This document shows positions 37,145 through 46,838 of a DNA stretch of 64,000 nucleotides, one piece after another. The first letter of the stretch is position 1, and the number at the start of each line of letters is the position of its first letter. Made by a program: the position numbers and the translations under genes. The notes under the pieces are model-generated. The model worked only from the letters and a program-made list of their open reading frames with translations, searched no databases and had not been told where the DNA came from. Source of the stretch: a virus; the UHGV virus genome UHGV-0289908. The stretch is one strand, 5' to 3'.

Positions 37145-37741
37145 ATGAAAAAATTACAAAGATACACTAGCACTGACACAGGAATTAGTCGTTACTCTAA
37201 TAGTGAGTACCTTATCAGTTGGGACGGCTCGAAGATAGTAGTCCTTCATCGACCCACAGGAGAAAAAATGCACGTATTTGTATCCAATGCAAACAAGATT
37301 GAAGCATTCGCAACACATCCTTTCACTGGGGATGAATTCAAGTTGGAAATTCCTAATAAGGATATCAAAGAAGCGTGCCTTGAGATGGCGGCAGAAATTA
37401 CAGAGTACTTGAAAAATCTAACTAATGCAAAATTAACCCCACTGAGTGGATTTAGTAGATACATGGTAAATACAGAGGGGAAAATCTTCAAGATTGTGTC
37501 AGAAGGATTGAGAGAGGTAGCTTCCAATATGGATAGATACGGATTCTTACGAGTGAATCTACAACAAGACGCACCCAACACAGGACAAACTACTAAGCGT
37601 GTTCACATGCTTGTATATGAATCATTCAAAGGGAAACCTAATGGTGAACTTGTCTTTCTAGATGGAGACCGAGAAAATTGCAGACTCGACAATCTAGTAA
37701 GCATGGAAGAGTTAATCGAATGTTACAAAGCTAATAATTAA
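37145..37741 (+). CDS. HNH homing endonuclease (NUMOD4 + HNH_3 type)
   Basis: SGFSRYMVNTEGKIF (NUMOD4-like) and RVHMLVYESFKGKPNGELVFLDGDRENCRLDNL (HNH_3 signature). Confidence 0.7.
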   Translation: MKKLQRYTSTDTGISRYSNSEYLISWDGSKIVVLHRPTGEKMHVFVSNANKIEAFATHPFTGDEFKLEIPNKDIKEACLEMAAEITEYLKNLTNAKLTPLSGFSRYMVNTEGKIFKIVSEGLREVASNMDRYGFLRVNLQQDAPNTGQTTKRVHMLVYESFKGKPNGELVFLDGDRENCRLDNLVSMEELIECYKANN

Positions 37742-37846
37742 TGACAGAAAATAAAGAGTCACTGTTTTATACAATTCACAATATCTATTGTGGGTTGCAA
37801 TAAGGCTGTGAAGCTGAATTATATCTGTACGAAGGGTGGAATTGTC

Positions 37847-38089
37847 ATGAGAAAAATATTCGAATTGTTAAACACAAGTCCAAACGCTATTGATAGGGCG
37901 TTGGCAGACACAGGAGTTGATTATATTGTGATAGATGGGACGATTACTCAATTTATCAAAGATGAGCTAGAAGGAGATGTGTCAGACTCTATCTACATTG
38001 TTGAGCAAGAAGGAAAATCATATCGAGTACATAGTACATTAGCATTCGAAGAATCAAACAGTAGTAGTATGGTGGTTTATGAAATGTAG
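37847..38089 (+). CDS. small early protein
   Basis: 80 aa; GGGTGG RBS. Confidence 0.45.
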   Translation: MRKIFELLNTSPNAIDRALADTGVDYIVIDGTITQFIKDELEGDVSDSIYIVEQEGKSYRVHSTLAFEESNSSSMVVYEM

Positions 38090-38100
38090 CAAATGAAAAA

Positions 38101-38129
38101 TGTTGACAAAAATCATTGTATGATATACT
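38101..38129 (+). promoter_or_regulatory. early promoter
   Basis: aaaaTGTTGACAaaaatcattgtaTGaTATACT. Confidence 0.55.
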
Positions 38130-38159
38130 AAATATATATAAAATAAAGGAGCGAAAAAC

Positions 38160-38597
38160 ATGAGTGCAACTATTGGGAAAATTGGAGGATTCTTATTAAC
38201 AGGAGTATTAACAATGGGGGTGGCAACGGCAAGCGTTTACTCGGGACAGGAAAAACTCAATGCAGTGCAACAATCTGCAACATCATATAGCGAAAAAACA
38301 GAGCAAGTAATTGGCATGGTGAAAAATCTACAGACTGAGAACAAGGAGCTACATAATAAAATATCAGAGCTCCAACAAGAACTTGACCGCAACTGGAATA
38401 CGGTTAAGGAGGTTAATGCTCTAATTGAAGAAACAAAAGTATTGAGACATCAAATTTCTATTCTTGAGGAACAACTACAGAACAATTCATCAGAGCAAGA
38501 GATTGAAAAAGCAAATACATCTGTGGAAGAACATCTTGATACCATGATGAATATATTAGACGAGAGCGTTTTTGATACGGTCTTAAACAATAGCTAA
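38160..38597 (+). CDS. N-terminally membrane-anchored coiled-coil protein
   Basis: 145 aa; TM segment then heptad-rich region; AAGGAG RBS. Confidence 0.55.
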   Translation: MSATIGKIGGFLLTGVLTMGVATASVYSGQEKLNAVQQSATSYSEKTEQVIGMVKNLQTENKELHNKISELQQELDRNWNTVKEVNALIEETKVLRHQISILEEQLQNNSSEQEIEKANTSVEEHLDTMMNILDESVFDTVLNNS

Positions 38598-38716
38598 TTG
38601 AGAAGAATGATACAATGATGAATTATAATAAGAGATTTATCCTGTTCATGAAAAATCATGAGCAGAGCTAAGTCCCCTATTATGAGGACAGGAAAAATAA
38701 AAAGTAGCACAAAATG

Positions 38717-38746
38717 TGTTGACATTGAAAACAACATGTGATATTC
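38717..38746 (+). promoter_or_regulatory. early promoter, duplicate of the 33871 promoter
   Basis: tgTGTTGACAttgaaaacaacatgTGaTATTCT. Confidence 0.55.
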
Positions 38747-38789
38747 TTGAAAAGAATAAATTTGAATTATAGAAGGAGGATTGTAGGTC

Positions 38790-39134
38790 ATGGCAGAAAA
38801 ATCTACCCTTTCATGGGATGAACAATGTGAAGCAGACATAATAAGACTCAATGAGCGAATGAGAAAATTACAGACTTATGAAGAGTTTGTGGAGTTTGAG
38901 AGAGAGGTAGATGAACACGGACATGGTTTGATGATTGTTAGCAAGCGAGGTGGATGGTATGTGTTCTCATTTATCCATGTGTATGAAAAAGGTAGTTGGA
39001 AACGCAATACATCTCCTCACCTAGAAAAAAATAGAAATAGAATCTCGTATCTATTTAGCGACCACGTTTCAACAGGAGAATGTCATGTGAAAAATTTATA
39101 CAAGTATTTTAAGGTTAGTGATAGAGCAAGATGA
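38790..39134 (+). CDS. early protein
   Basis: 114 aa; AAGGAGG RBS. Confidence 0.55.
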   Translation: MAEKSTLSWDEQCEADIIRLNERMRKLQTYEEFVEFEREVDEHGHGLMIVSKRGGWYVFSFIHVYEKGSWKRNTSPHLEKNRNRISYLFSDHVSTGECHVKNLYKYFKVSDRAR

Positions 39135-39290
39135 AATAAGGGTATTTTGACAATACCGAGAAAATTTGGAGAGATAAAATGTAATCACTTGATTGAAATA
39201 CTAGAAGACCCGACAAAAAATATGATTATGGGCTATAGATTGCCAATGTAAAAAAATATGATTTTATAACATAAGACGGAGGTTATTATT

Positions 39291-39581
39291 ATGAAAATTA
39301 TTAATGAAACAAGTGCTGATTTTTTAAATGACTTTGTAGAGGACGTATTAGATAAATTTGTTCGTAAATTTAACACGTGTGAAATCAAGGATTATGATTT
39401 AGATAGAGTCTACCTATCTCTTGATGGAGAGGAGTTTGATATACGAACATGGGATATTAGAGAAGTTAATAACACCCTTCTTGTTCGTTGGACTCTATTT
39501 CAGATGATGTGCGGTGAGGATGGCACAGGAGGTGGCAAAGAAATGATTTTTGGGCATTATGTTAGGTTATTAGATAAATGA
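39291..39581 (+). CDS. small early protein
   Basis: 96 aa; GGAGG RBS. Confidence 0.5.
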   Translation: MKIINETSADFLNDFVEDVLDKFVRKFNTCEIKDYDLDRVYLSLDGEEFDIRTWDIREVNNTLLVRWTLFQMMCGEDGTGGGKEMIFGHYVRLLDK

Positions 39582-39612
39582 TAAAAGAATAATTTTACGG
39601 AGGAAAAATATT

Positions 39613-39966
39613 ATGGGATTAGATATTAGTTTTTATATTGTTCCAACCAAATTGAATCAAGAAGAGTTAAATAAAATTGTGAACGCTACTGGAATAGGTG
39701 AAGATTATAAAGTGCAAACTTTTAGTGGCAGAGGATACGTCTATATTTTAGACACATTAAGAGACGACTTAAAAAATCGCTATAAATCGTTCGAAGATTA
39801 TGTTGTATTGGAAAGAGAAGACGTTGAAAAATTAATAGTGAAGAATGTTGAGGGTATTATCAACGATATACATAGATACTACATCAATCCGTTGTCATTA
39901 TTTACGTGGATGTTGGAAGAGATTGATTTCGACAAGGAAACTATTATTAGACATGTAAGTAGTTAA
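39613..39966 (+). CDS. early protein
   Basis: 117 aa; ACGGAGG RBS (shared ttttacggagg upstream motif with next gene). Confidence 0.55.
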   Translation: MGLDISFYIVPTKLNQEELNKIVNATGIGEDYKVQTFSGRGYVYILDTLRDDLKNRYKSFEDYVVLEREDVEKLIVKNVEGIINDIHRYYINPLSLFTWMLEEIDFDKETIIRHVSS

Positions 39967-39998
39967 CACATTAAAAATAATTTTACGGAGGGAAAAAT

Positions 39999-40259
39999 AT
40001 GAAGGAGAACAAAGAGCAACTACAAAGGATGCACAATCAATATCTAGCACAGGAAAAAGGAAAACTAAGACAACTGGAGAAAAGCAGGGATAAGTTAAAA
40101 GTAGAAATAATAAACACATATGACAGCGGAGTGGCAAATCACTGGCAATGGGGGCTCGATAAAAAATATGAATGCCTTAGGGCTCAACATAAAGTAATAT
40201 GCAATATTATTGAAGCACAGAAAAAACATATTGAGAACATGATTAGCATTGAGTATTAA
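39999..40259 (+). CDS. small basic early protein
   Basis: 86 aa; ACGGAGGG RBS. Confidence 0.5.
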   Translation: MKENKEQLQRMHNQYLAQEKGKLRQLEKSRDKLKVEIINTYDSGVANHWQWGLDKKYECLRAQHKVICNIIEAQKKHIENMISIEY

Positions 40260-40275
40260 TAGGGAGGTGTTTTAA

Positions 40276-40479
40276 ATGGCAATCACAATCACAAGAGAAG
40301 AAATAATTGAGCAATACGCTGAATGGGGAATCGACTTTATAGATGAGATTGAGGAAAAAATCAGACGAGAATTGACAGATGAAGAATGCAAGAAAATATT
40401 ATTATTCTGTTTAGGATATGTTCCAAATAAATATGAGTTGGCAGAAAACTGTTTAAACCTTGATATAAGCTCTCGATAA
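40276..40479 (+). CDS. small acidic early protein
   Basis: 67 aa; GGGAGG RBS. Confidence 0.5.
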   Translation: MAITITREEIIEQYAEWGIDFIDEIEEKIRRELTDEECKKILLFCLGYVPNKYELAENCLNLDISSR

Positions 40480-40573
40480 AAGAATAGTGGAAAGGCTCAA
40501 TGAGTGACATTAACTCTAGTTAATGTTGCTACTGAGAATTTCGACAAGAAATTCGCTAAAATATTATAAAACA

Positions 40574-40604
40574 CGTTGACTTAATGGCAAATATGTGATA
40601 ATAT
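40574..40604 (+). promoter_or_regulatory. early promoter preceded by 29-bp element repeated exactly at 61632
   Basis: ttcgctaaaatattataaaacacgTTGACTtaatggcaaatatgTGaTAATAT. Confidence 0.6.
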
Positions 40605-40649
40605 TAGAACCGTAATGAAACACTAAACAAAGTAAGGAGAGTAGATTTT

Positions 40650-42497
40650 ATGAGTATTTTAGAAAATGAACAAGAGTTTTTAAACAGTAAGATTGAAACA
40701 GTATTCCGTTTAGCAAAAGAGACAGCCGCTCAAGATGGAGATGAAATTACCATCAAGGGAGTAAGAAAGTTAGCTCAAGTTTGGTTAGAAGCAAAACGTC
40801 CACTAATTGAATTGCTTGGAGGGCAGACTCGAATCGAGAAGGTTGTTGAATCAGAGCTTGAATTAGAAGACGCACGAAAATTTGTCAAGACATTCATGGA
40901 TAAAATCATCCAAGGAAAATTCACATACAAGCGTGAAGATTATCTAATGCAACGATTAAAATTCAACAGTTCAGACTTCATCTATGACTTAAATGGGATT
41001 CTAAACTCCAAAGAAGGGGTATCTGCACTCCATAACAACACGGTAACAGACGAATTGGTTGAGAATGTTCGCTTCACTCGAATCTGCTCAAATGTTGGGG
41101 TAGACCCTAAACGTCAAAAGGGAGCGAAGTTTACAAAGTTCTTCCTAACTGTATTTAAGGCGGGTATGGAGAAGTTTAACTTGTTACAAGACGCAGAAGC
41201 GATTAAAGAACTTGACATCATCTCACAAGACTTTAGTCAGCTTATCAATACAATGAAGACGGCAAAACGTCGTCAAACAGTGGTTCTATCATGTGACTTA
41301 GAAGACTTCATAACAATGTCAATGGGAACATCTTGGGACTCATGTCACCAGTTAGGTAAAATGTATGGAATGGGAGCTATTGCTTATGCTCAGTCTCCAA
41401 ATGTGTTGATTACATATGTTAAATCAGAAGACCATGAATATAGAAAAAAATGGCGACAAATTATTTACTGTGATGTTGAATCGGGATTCGCAGTTGGTTC
41501 TCGTCAATATCCTTCACCAAATAATGTTGCGACAGATGGGGCACGTAACTTATGGCAAGAATGCTACAATATGCACAATAATGGAACACGAGAAACAACA
41601 AACTTCAAATACTCTAAGAGTCCTCAAGGATTAAGAGGGCGTCTTAAAAAATCAAATGGTTTTGCATATGTCGACATTTTAGAGTTTAGTCCTTCTTCTG
41701 ATAAAATCAATGGTCATGTATGGTCTACATGGATTAACGGAACAGAAAAACCTACAATCAACTGTTGTCCAAGAGAAATCGTATGTCTAAAATGTGGAAA
41801 CCTTCATAGAAATGTTCGAAGCTATAAAGTGAGTTGCGGAGAATGTCCACGTCAAGGCGAGTTAAAATGTAGAGAATGTGGAAGATGGCACACAGAAGAA
41901 ACATGTACATACGTAGACAGAGAAGGTGGCTACATTTGTTCGGGATGTCTACGAAGCGATTATACTTATTGCCCAATGTGTCAACAATGGGAGCGAGATT
42001 ACAATATAACGACAGTAAATGGAGCTAGAATATGCGAAACATGTGCACTAGACAACTTCTACCGCTGTGGTAATTGTGGAGAATGGCACGAAAAAACAGA
42101 GTCAAGACCTGCCTATCGCAATGGACGAAAGCAACACTATTGTCCTACATGTGTTCAACACAATGAAATTGGAATATGCTCATGTTGTAACACCCCTCGA
42201 TTTGTCGAAGACTTGACGGATACACATGATGGAGAAAAAGTGTGTCGACACTGTCTACATCAGCGTTATGTTCAATGTGAAGTGTGTGGGGAGTATCACA
42301 AACGTCTAACTATTCATGTAGTAGAACGTGATGGAGAAAGAGTTAGAATGTGTGAAGGATGCAGAGAACATGAAGGATTGACAGGAACACCATTAACACG
42401 AGAGCTTGCAGGGCAAGTAGAAGATTCAGAATCTTCTACTTCTCGTACTGATACTGCCACGCTCTATCATAGTTTTCTCGGTAGGATGCGAAGATAA
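40650..42497 (+). CDS. large early protein with C-terminal array of ~10 CxxC pairs (multiple zinc ribbons)
   Basis: 615 aa; C-terminal 250 aa: CLKCG...CGECP...CRECG...CSGC...CPMC...CETC...CGNCG...CPTC...CRHC...CEVCG...CEGC. Confidence 0.65.
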   Translation: MSILENEQEFLNSKIETVFRLAKETAAQDGDEITIKGVRKLAQVWLEAKRPLIELLGGQTRIEKVVESELELEDARKFVKTFMDKIIQGKFTYKREDYLMQRLKFNSSDFIYDLNGILNSKEGVSALHNNTVTDELVENVRFTRICSNVGVDPKRQKGAKFTKFFLTVFKAGMEKFNLLQDAEAIKELDIISQDFSQLINTMKTAKRRQTVVLSCDLEDFITMSMGTSWDSCHQLGKMYGMGAIAYAQSPNVLITYVKSEDHEYRKKWRQIIYCDVESGFAVGSRQYPSPNNVATDGARNLWQECYNMHNNGTRETTNFKYSKSPQGLRGRLKKSNGFAYVDILEFSPSSDKINGHVWSTWINGTEKPTINCCPREIVCLKCGNLHRNVRSYKVSCGECPRQGELKCRECGRWHTEETCTYVDREGGYICSGCLRSDYTYCPMCQQWERDYNITTVNGARICETCALDNFYRCGNCGEWHEKTESRPAYRNGRKQHYCPTCVQHNEIGICSCCNTPRFVEDLTDTHDGEKVCRHCLHQRYVQCEVCGEYHKRLTIHVVERDGERVRMCEGCREHEGLTGTPLTRELAGQVEDSESSTSRTDTATLYHSFLGRMRR

Positions 42498-42639
42498 CCA
42501 ATCAACAGTCAGAGCATTCGAACGAATGGGAAGCACAGGCGAAAGGATTGGTATTAGAGGTCATTCTCATCAAGTATCTCTCCTTCTCAGTTAAAAGAGT
42601 AGATAAAGTAGATTAATACAAAATAAGGACGTGTAATAT

Positions 42640-43743
42640 ATGATTAAATTTAAAGAAGAATTATTTGAACAGATTGTACGAGCAACTCAAACCGAATTAT
42701 TAAATGAGATTTTAATTGACAAAATGGGAGCTTTAGGGATGATTGACTATGTTCATACAGAAGATTATTTAATGTACCATGGAGATACTCCTGTGATGTT
42801 GGTCGCTCATTTAGACACAGTTCACAAAGAGCCTGTGCAATCAATCTCAAAATTAAATAGAACATGGACTTCTCCTCAAGGGATTGGAGGAGACGACCGT
42901 TGTGGGGTCTATATGATATTAGACCTAATCGAAGCTCTTCCTTTTAAGCCTTATGTTTTGTTTTCAACAGAGGAGGAGGTTGGTTGCTTAGGAACTAAAA
43001 AGTTCTTGCAAGACTTCCCTGTTAATGAATTCGATATTAAATTCTTAATTGAATTTGACCGAAAAGGGAGAGATGAGGTTGTTTTCTATGATTGTGACAA
43101 TCATGATTTCCACGCTTTCATTACAGAGAATACAAGCTATGAAAAGAAGTTCGGCTCTTATACTGACATCTGTCACATCATGGAGAAGTGGGACACGGCA
43201 GGAGTTAACTTCTCTTGTGGATATTATAATGCTCACACACTGTCAGAGTATGTGAAGATTGGGGAAATGATGAATACGATTCGTGTCGTATACACATTAC
43301 TTGAGAAATTAGACTTTGACTCTCTTCCTCACTATACCGCAGAGATTAAACAACGATATTCATACTACGGAGGAAGCTATGGAAATTACTATTGGAACAG
43401 AGGACTGTCAAACTTTGACTGGGGAGCTTATTATCGAGAATTAGGATATGACGTATATGGAGATGAAGGGATTCTCCCTAGTGTGGGACAGGGGTTGGCT
43501 AATATTAGCTCAACCAATAGCGACAATCAAGACGGAGATAGCTTTTGGCTACGAACAAGCTACTATGGGACATGGGGAGGAGTAAACTACTACAAATGTG
43601 AGTGTGGAGAGTTAGTCGACGAAGATACATTTAAAAACAACGAATACTACTGCTCTACTTGCTACGCTCAGTACTTTCTAGGATGGGAAGAAGACATGGG
43701 GTATCCAACAGAACATGACCAAGACCCACAAGTAGATGAATAA
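42640..43743 (+). CDS. putative zinc metallopeptidase (M20/M28/M42-like motifs) with Tyr/Gly-rich and Zn-ribbon C-terminus
   Basis: VAHLDTVH, GIGGDDRCGV, STEEEVGCLG in the order of HxD / Asp / EE metal-ligand motifs of M20/M28 peptidases; C-terminal YKCECGE...CSTCY. Confidence 0.4.
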   Translation: MIKFKEELFEQIVRATQTELLNEILIDKMGALGMIDYVHTEDYLMYHGDTPVMLVAHLDTVHKEPVQSISKLNRTWTSPQGIGGDDRCGVYMILDLIEALPFKPYVLFSTEEEVGCLGTKKFLQDFPVNEFDIKFLIEFDRKGRDEVVFYDCDNHDFHAFITENTSYEKKFGSYTDICHIMEKWDTAGVNFSCGYYNAHTLSEYVKIGEMMNTIRVVYTLLEKLDFDSLPHYTAEIKQRYSYYGGSYGNYYWNRGLSNFDWGAYYRELGYDVYGDEGILPSVGQGLANISSTNSDNQDGDSFWLRTSYYGTWGGVNYYKCECGELVDEDTFKNNEYYCSTCYAQYFLGWEEDMGYPTEHDQDPQVDE

Positions 43744-43754
43744 TATTAAATAGT

Positions 43755-43785
43755 CGTTGACTTCAAACACAACTTATGATATTAT
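43755..43785 (+). promoter_or_regulatory. early promoter
   Basis: gtcGTTGACTtcaaacacaacttaTGaTATTAT. Confidence 0.55.
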
Positions 43786-43806
43786 AATATCGAAGGAGGT
43801 CGTAAT

Positions 43807-43959
43807 ATGAAGATTACAGGAATTGAAATCACTCGCAAGTCTCGTAAGATGAGCAAGGAAGAGTTACAGGAACACATGAAGAACAGTCGTCAAGGAGTTG
43901 GAGTGCAAAGAAATAAAAAGAAGTATACACGCAAACAAAAACACAATAAAGAATGGTAG
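43807..43959 (+). CDS. 50-aa highly basic peptide
   Basis: GAAGGAGG RBS; Lys/Arg-rich. Confidence 0.4.
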   Translation: MKITGIEITRKSRKMSKEELQEHMKNSRQGVGVQRNKKKYTRKQKHNKEW

Positions 43960-43983
43960 TTAACACAAGAAAGGAAGAATGAT

Positions 43984-44214
43984 ATGCACATTCGAGGAAC
44001 AATTTTAGTTACGTATCAAGAATGGATGGAATTCCTAGAGTGGTACAAAAGGTATTCAAACATTAGAGTATTAAATGTCAAGGATAAGTCCCCATTCAGA
44101 TACATTATTGACAAGAAGGATAAGTCATATGTGGCTTATTCTCATGGTCAGCGCCAAACTGTGACCTATGGAATCTATCAACCATGGTATGAACGCTATA
44201 TGGACAGTGAATAA
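43984..44214 (+). CDS. small early protein
   Basis: 76 aa; AAAGGAAG RBS. Confidence 0.5.
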   Translation: MHIRGTILVTYQEWMEFLEWYKRYSNIRVLNVKDKSPFRYIIDKKDKSYVAYSHGQRQTVTYGIYQPWYERYMDSE

Positions 44215-44241
44215 AATGCTAGACTACAGAGAGAGGAGGGG

Positions 44242-44622
44242 TTGATATTGACTATTGAAATATCAGAAACGACAGGGCATGTAGAAGTTGCCACCAACAT
44301 TGAAGGCAAGGTTGTTATGATTGACAAAGAATGTGTAGACCTTGTAACATGGTTTAACAATTATGGTTTAAAGACAAAGTATTCTTGTCGTGGAGGAGAT
44401 GGACAAAACCGTTTCTATATCATGTTTCAAGACGACACAAAAGACTCAGACATAGACCGCCTATTGACACTCTATCATGATAAGTTTGGATTCATCCCAA
44501 CAAAAGGGAGATTTATTAAGTGGAGCAGATGGTTTGCAGGTGGTGTTGTTCCTAATTGGATATATGAGAGTTTTTCAGTTGAAGAAGCCAATATTGATTA
44601 TAAAAAGTTTACGTTGTTGTAG
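44242..44622 (+). CDS. early protein (TTG start)
   Basis: 126 aa; GAGGAGGGG RBS. Confidence 0.5.
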   Translation: MILTIEISETTGHVEVATNIEGKVVMIDKECVDLVTWFNNYGLKTKYSCRGGDGQNRFYIMFQDDTKDSDIDRLLTLYHDKFGFIPTKGRFIKWSRWFAGGVVPNWIYESFSVEEANIDYKKFTLL

Positions 44623-44670
44623 AGATTAAAGTAAAACAGCATTTTACAGACATTTAGTAGAGGTGATATT

Positions 44671-45063
44671 GTGAATATTAAAGCGTTTATCCCACTAAGT
44701 CTCACCCTCCTGTGTTTGGGAGGATGTAACACTTATGAGCGATATAATGAATCAAATTATTTAGGAGCAGTCGTCACTAATGTGTACGGAGAAAGCTACA
44801 TTGAACACAGTGGGAGCGGCATTGGTCGCACCAGTTATAGTGTAAATGAATGTCATGTTACAGTCACCTATGAAGACGGATATTCTAAAACATTCACTGA
44901 GAATATTGAACCAGTCTATTGCTATAAGTTGCAAGTGAATGACTGGGTTGATGGTTGGACAAATGAAGAATATCGAAAGAATATCGAAACACAAGAGGTA
45001 GAATTGATTAACATGACAAGACATATAAACATTGCACAGGAGATTTCAAAAAGATTGAATTAG
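44671..45063 (+). CDS. lipoprotein (GTG start)
   Basis: MNIKAFIPLSLTLLCLGGCNTYE lipobox; AGAGGTGA RBS. Confidence 0.55.
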   Translation: MNIKAFIPLSLTLLCLGGCNTYERYNESNYLGAVVTNVYGESYIEHSGSGIGRTSYSVNECHVTVTYEDGYSKTFTENIEPVYCYKLQVNDWVDGWTNEEYRKNIETQEVELINMTRHINIAQEISKRLN

Positions 45064-45105
45064 AGCAATAGAAACAAGGATTGCAAACAGAACATGAGGT
45101 GTGAT

Positions 45106-45441
45106 ATGTGTAAATTTTGTAGTGCTTTATTAGAAAATAAAAAGGTATACTGGCAAGAGAGAAGCACAGTGGCTGATGACAACTTCTGTGAAACGGTCTG
45201 TAATAATGACTGTGATGGATGTCATGGGTGTGACAAAAGAGAATTCACGCTGACACCATCTATTATTAACGGAAATGTTTATGTGTCTGTTGACTACTAT
45301 AGGGAAGCATATGAGACAATTATTTACCCATTTTCAGAACTTATGCCATTCTCATACTGTCCATTTTGTGGAAAACAGATTTCAAAAAGCATAGAGCCGT
45401 TTAATGAAAATGACCATAGATATTCAGTAGAGGATGTGTAA
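45106..45441 (+). CDS. Cys-rich early protein
   Basis: ~111 aa; CKFC...CNNDCDGCHGC...CPFCG. Confidence 0.5.
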   Translation: MCKFCSALLENKKVYWQERSTVADDNFCETVCNNDCDGCHGCDKREFTLTPSIINGNVYVSVDYYREAYETIIYPFSELMPFSYCPFCGKQISKSIEPFNENDHRYSVEDV

Positions 45442-45484
45442 ACAAGAGTAGTTAGACCTTGTAACAATTTAGGAGGGATTAGTT

Positions 45485-45679
45485 TTGAACAGTATATTTT
45501 TAATTGTTGCATTGCTATCGGTAATATTGGCTATTTATTGGAGATGTAAGTCTGAATATTATAGATGTTTGGCAAGGGACTTTAGTTGTAAGTATTCAAC
45601 TCTTGAATATGAAGTTAAATTCCTAAGAAGAAAGTACGAGGAATTTAAAGAAAATGAAAGTGACGGTAAACAAATCTAG
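45485..45679 (+). CDS. small N-terminally membrane-anchored protein (TTG start)
   Basis: 64 aa; AGGAGGG RBS. Confidence 0.45.
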   Translation: MNSIFLIVALLSVILAIYWRCKSEYYRCLARDFSCKYSTLEYEVKFLRRKYEEFKENESDGKQI

Positions 45680-45710
45680 ACTTTTTATTAACGTTAAGGA
45701 GTGGTTATAA

Positions 45711-45893
45711 ATGAAAGTGAAATGCCCTCATTGTGGTAGTATTAATATTTTAAATATTTATAGTGGAGATAGCATAGAGGAAGATATTTCTTGTGGAATT
45801 AATATTGTAGAATATAACTGTGAGTGTGAAGATTGTTTTGAGTCTTTTGATTGTATGATTCATTATGCTATTTCTGATGTAGTTTACAAATAG
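45711..45893 (+). CDS. small Zn-ribbon protein
   Basis: 60 aa; CPHCGS...CECEDC; AAGGAG RBS. Confidence 0.5.
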   Translation: MKVKCPHCGSINILNIYSGDSIEEDISCGINIVEYNCECEDCFESFDCMIHYAISDVVYK

Positions 45894-45925
45894 CAACTAA
45901 AAATAATTTTTTATGAGGTGATAAA

Positions 45926-46084
45926 TTGTATAAAGTGCTGTGCGTAAGCGATTATGATTGGGATTATTTAATTACAATAGGAAGTGAATATCAAGTTGTG
46001 GATGATTATAAAGATGTAGTTGGTGTATTGATTTACGACAGAGTGATTTATATGCCAAAATACTTATTTAAGAAAATAGATTGA
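45926..46084 (+). CDS. 52-aa protein (TTG start)
   Basis: GAGGTGA RBS; ends in AAATAAAATTAAAATTTA spacer motif. Confidence 0.35.
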   Translation: MYKVLCVSDYDWDYLITIGSEYQVVDDYKDVVGVLIYDRVIYMPKYLFKKID

Positions 46085-46124
46085 TAAAATTAAAATTTAT
46101 TTATATATAGGGGGGGTTGATAAT

Positions 46125-46286
46125 ATGATTGAAGAATTATTTGCATATACAGATATTGATGATGATTACATTCTTATTTACAAAAGTTTAGAAGAACATT
46201 ACATTATGGTAAATGGTCAAACAGTCGAATTACCAATAGAAGTGGTTCAACAAATTATAAAGATTCTTAGTTATAAAAATAATTAA
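46125..46286 (+). CDS. 53-aa protein, paralog of 47268-47429
   Basis: MIEELFAYTDIDDDYILIYKSLEEHYIMVNGQTVELPIEVVQQIIKILSYKNN vs VSEELFEYTDIDGDYILIYKSLEEYYIMVNGGTVELPIEVVQQMVKVLSCKNN. Confidence 0.55.
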   Translation: MIEELFAYTDIDDDYILIYKSLEEHYIMVNGQTVELPIEVVQQIIKILSYKNN

Positions 46287-46322
46287 AATACAAATTTTAA
46301 AAACAAATTAGGAGGAGTTATT

Positions 46323-46838
46323 ATGAAATATTATACATCAGACTTACATTTGAATCATGCTAAAATTATTACACTGTGTGATAGACCATTTAAAGATGTT
46401 AAGGAAATGAACGAGACAATTATTAACAACTGGAACACTCGTGTTAAAAAAGGTGATATAGTATATATTTTAGGTGATGTTGGACTTCCAAAATCAAAAC
46501 AGGATGTTATTGAAGTGTGTGATATGTTAGAGACATTGAATGGTGAAAAGATTTTAGTTACAGGAAATCATGATAAAGAATTACTAAAACATTCAAGATT
46601 CCATGCTTGTTTTTCAAAAGTAGTTCCATATGCAGAAACAAAAGACAATGGCAAAAAGGTTTGTATGTTCCATTACCCTATCGAAGAATGGAATGGATAT
46701 TACAAAGATTCAATTCACCTATATGGTCACGTTCACAATTCGGATGTAGGATTAAAGGATATTAAAAACCGTTATAACGTTGGTGTAGATGTTAATGATT
46801 TTGAACCTAAAACATTAGAAGAATTAATTAACAAATAA
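46323..46838 (+). CDS. small calcineurin-like metallophosphoesterase
   Basis: DLHLNH, GDVG, GNHD, GHVHN motifs; AGGAGG RBS. Confidence 0.7.
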   Translation: MKYYTSDLHLNHAKIITLCDRPFKDVKEMNETIINNWNTRVKKGDIVYILGDVGLPKSKQDVIEVCDMLETLNGEKILVTGNHDKELLKHSRFHACFSKVVPYAETKDNGKKVCMFHYPIEEWNGYYKDSIHLYGHVHNSDVGLKDIKNRYNVGVDVNDFEPKTLEELINK

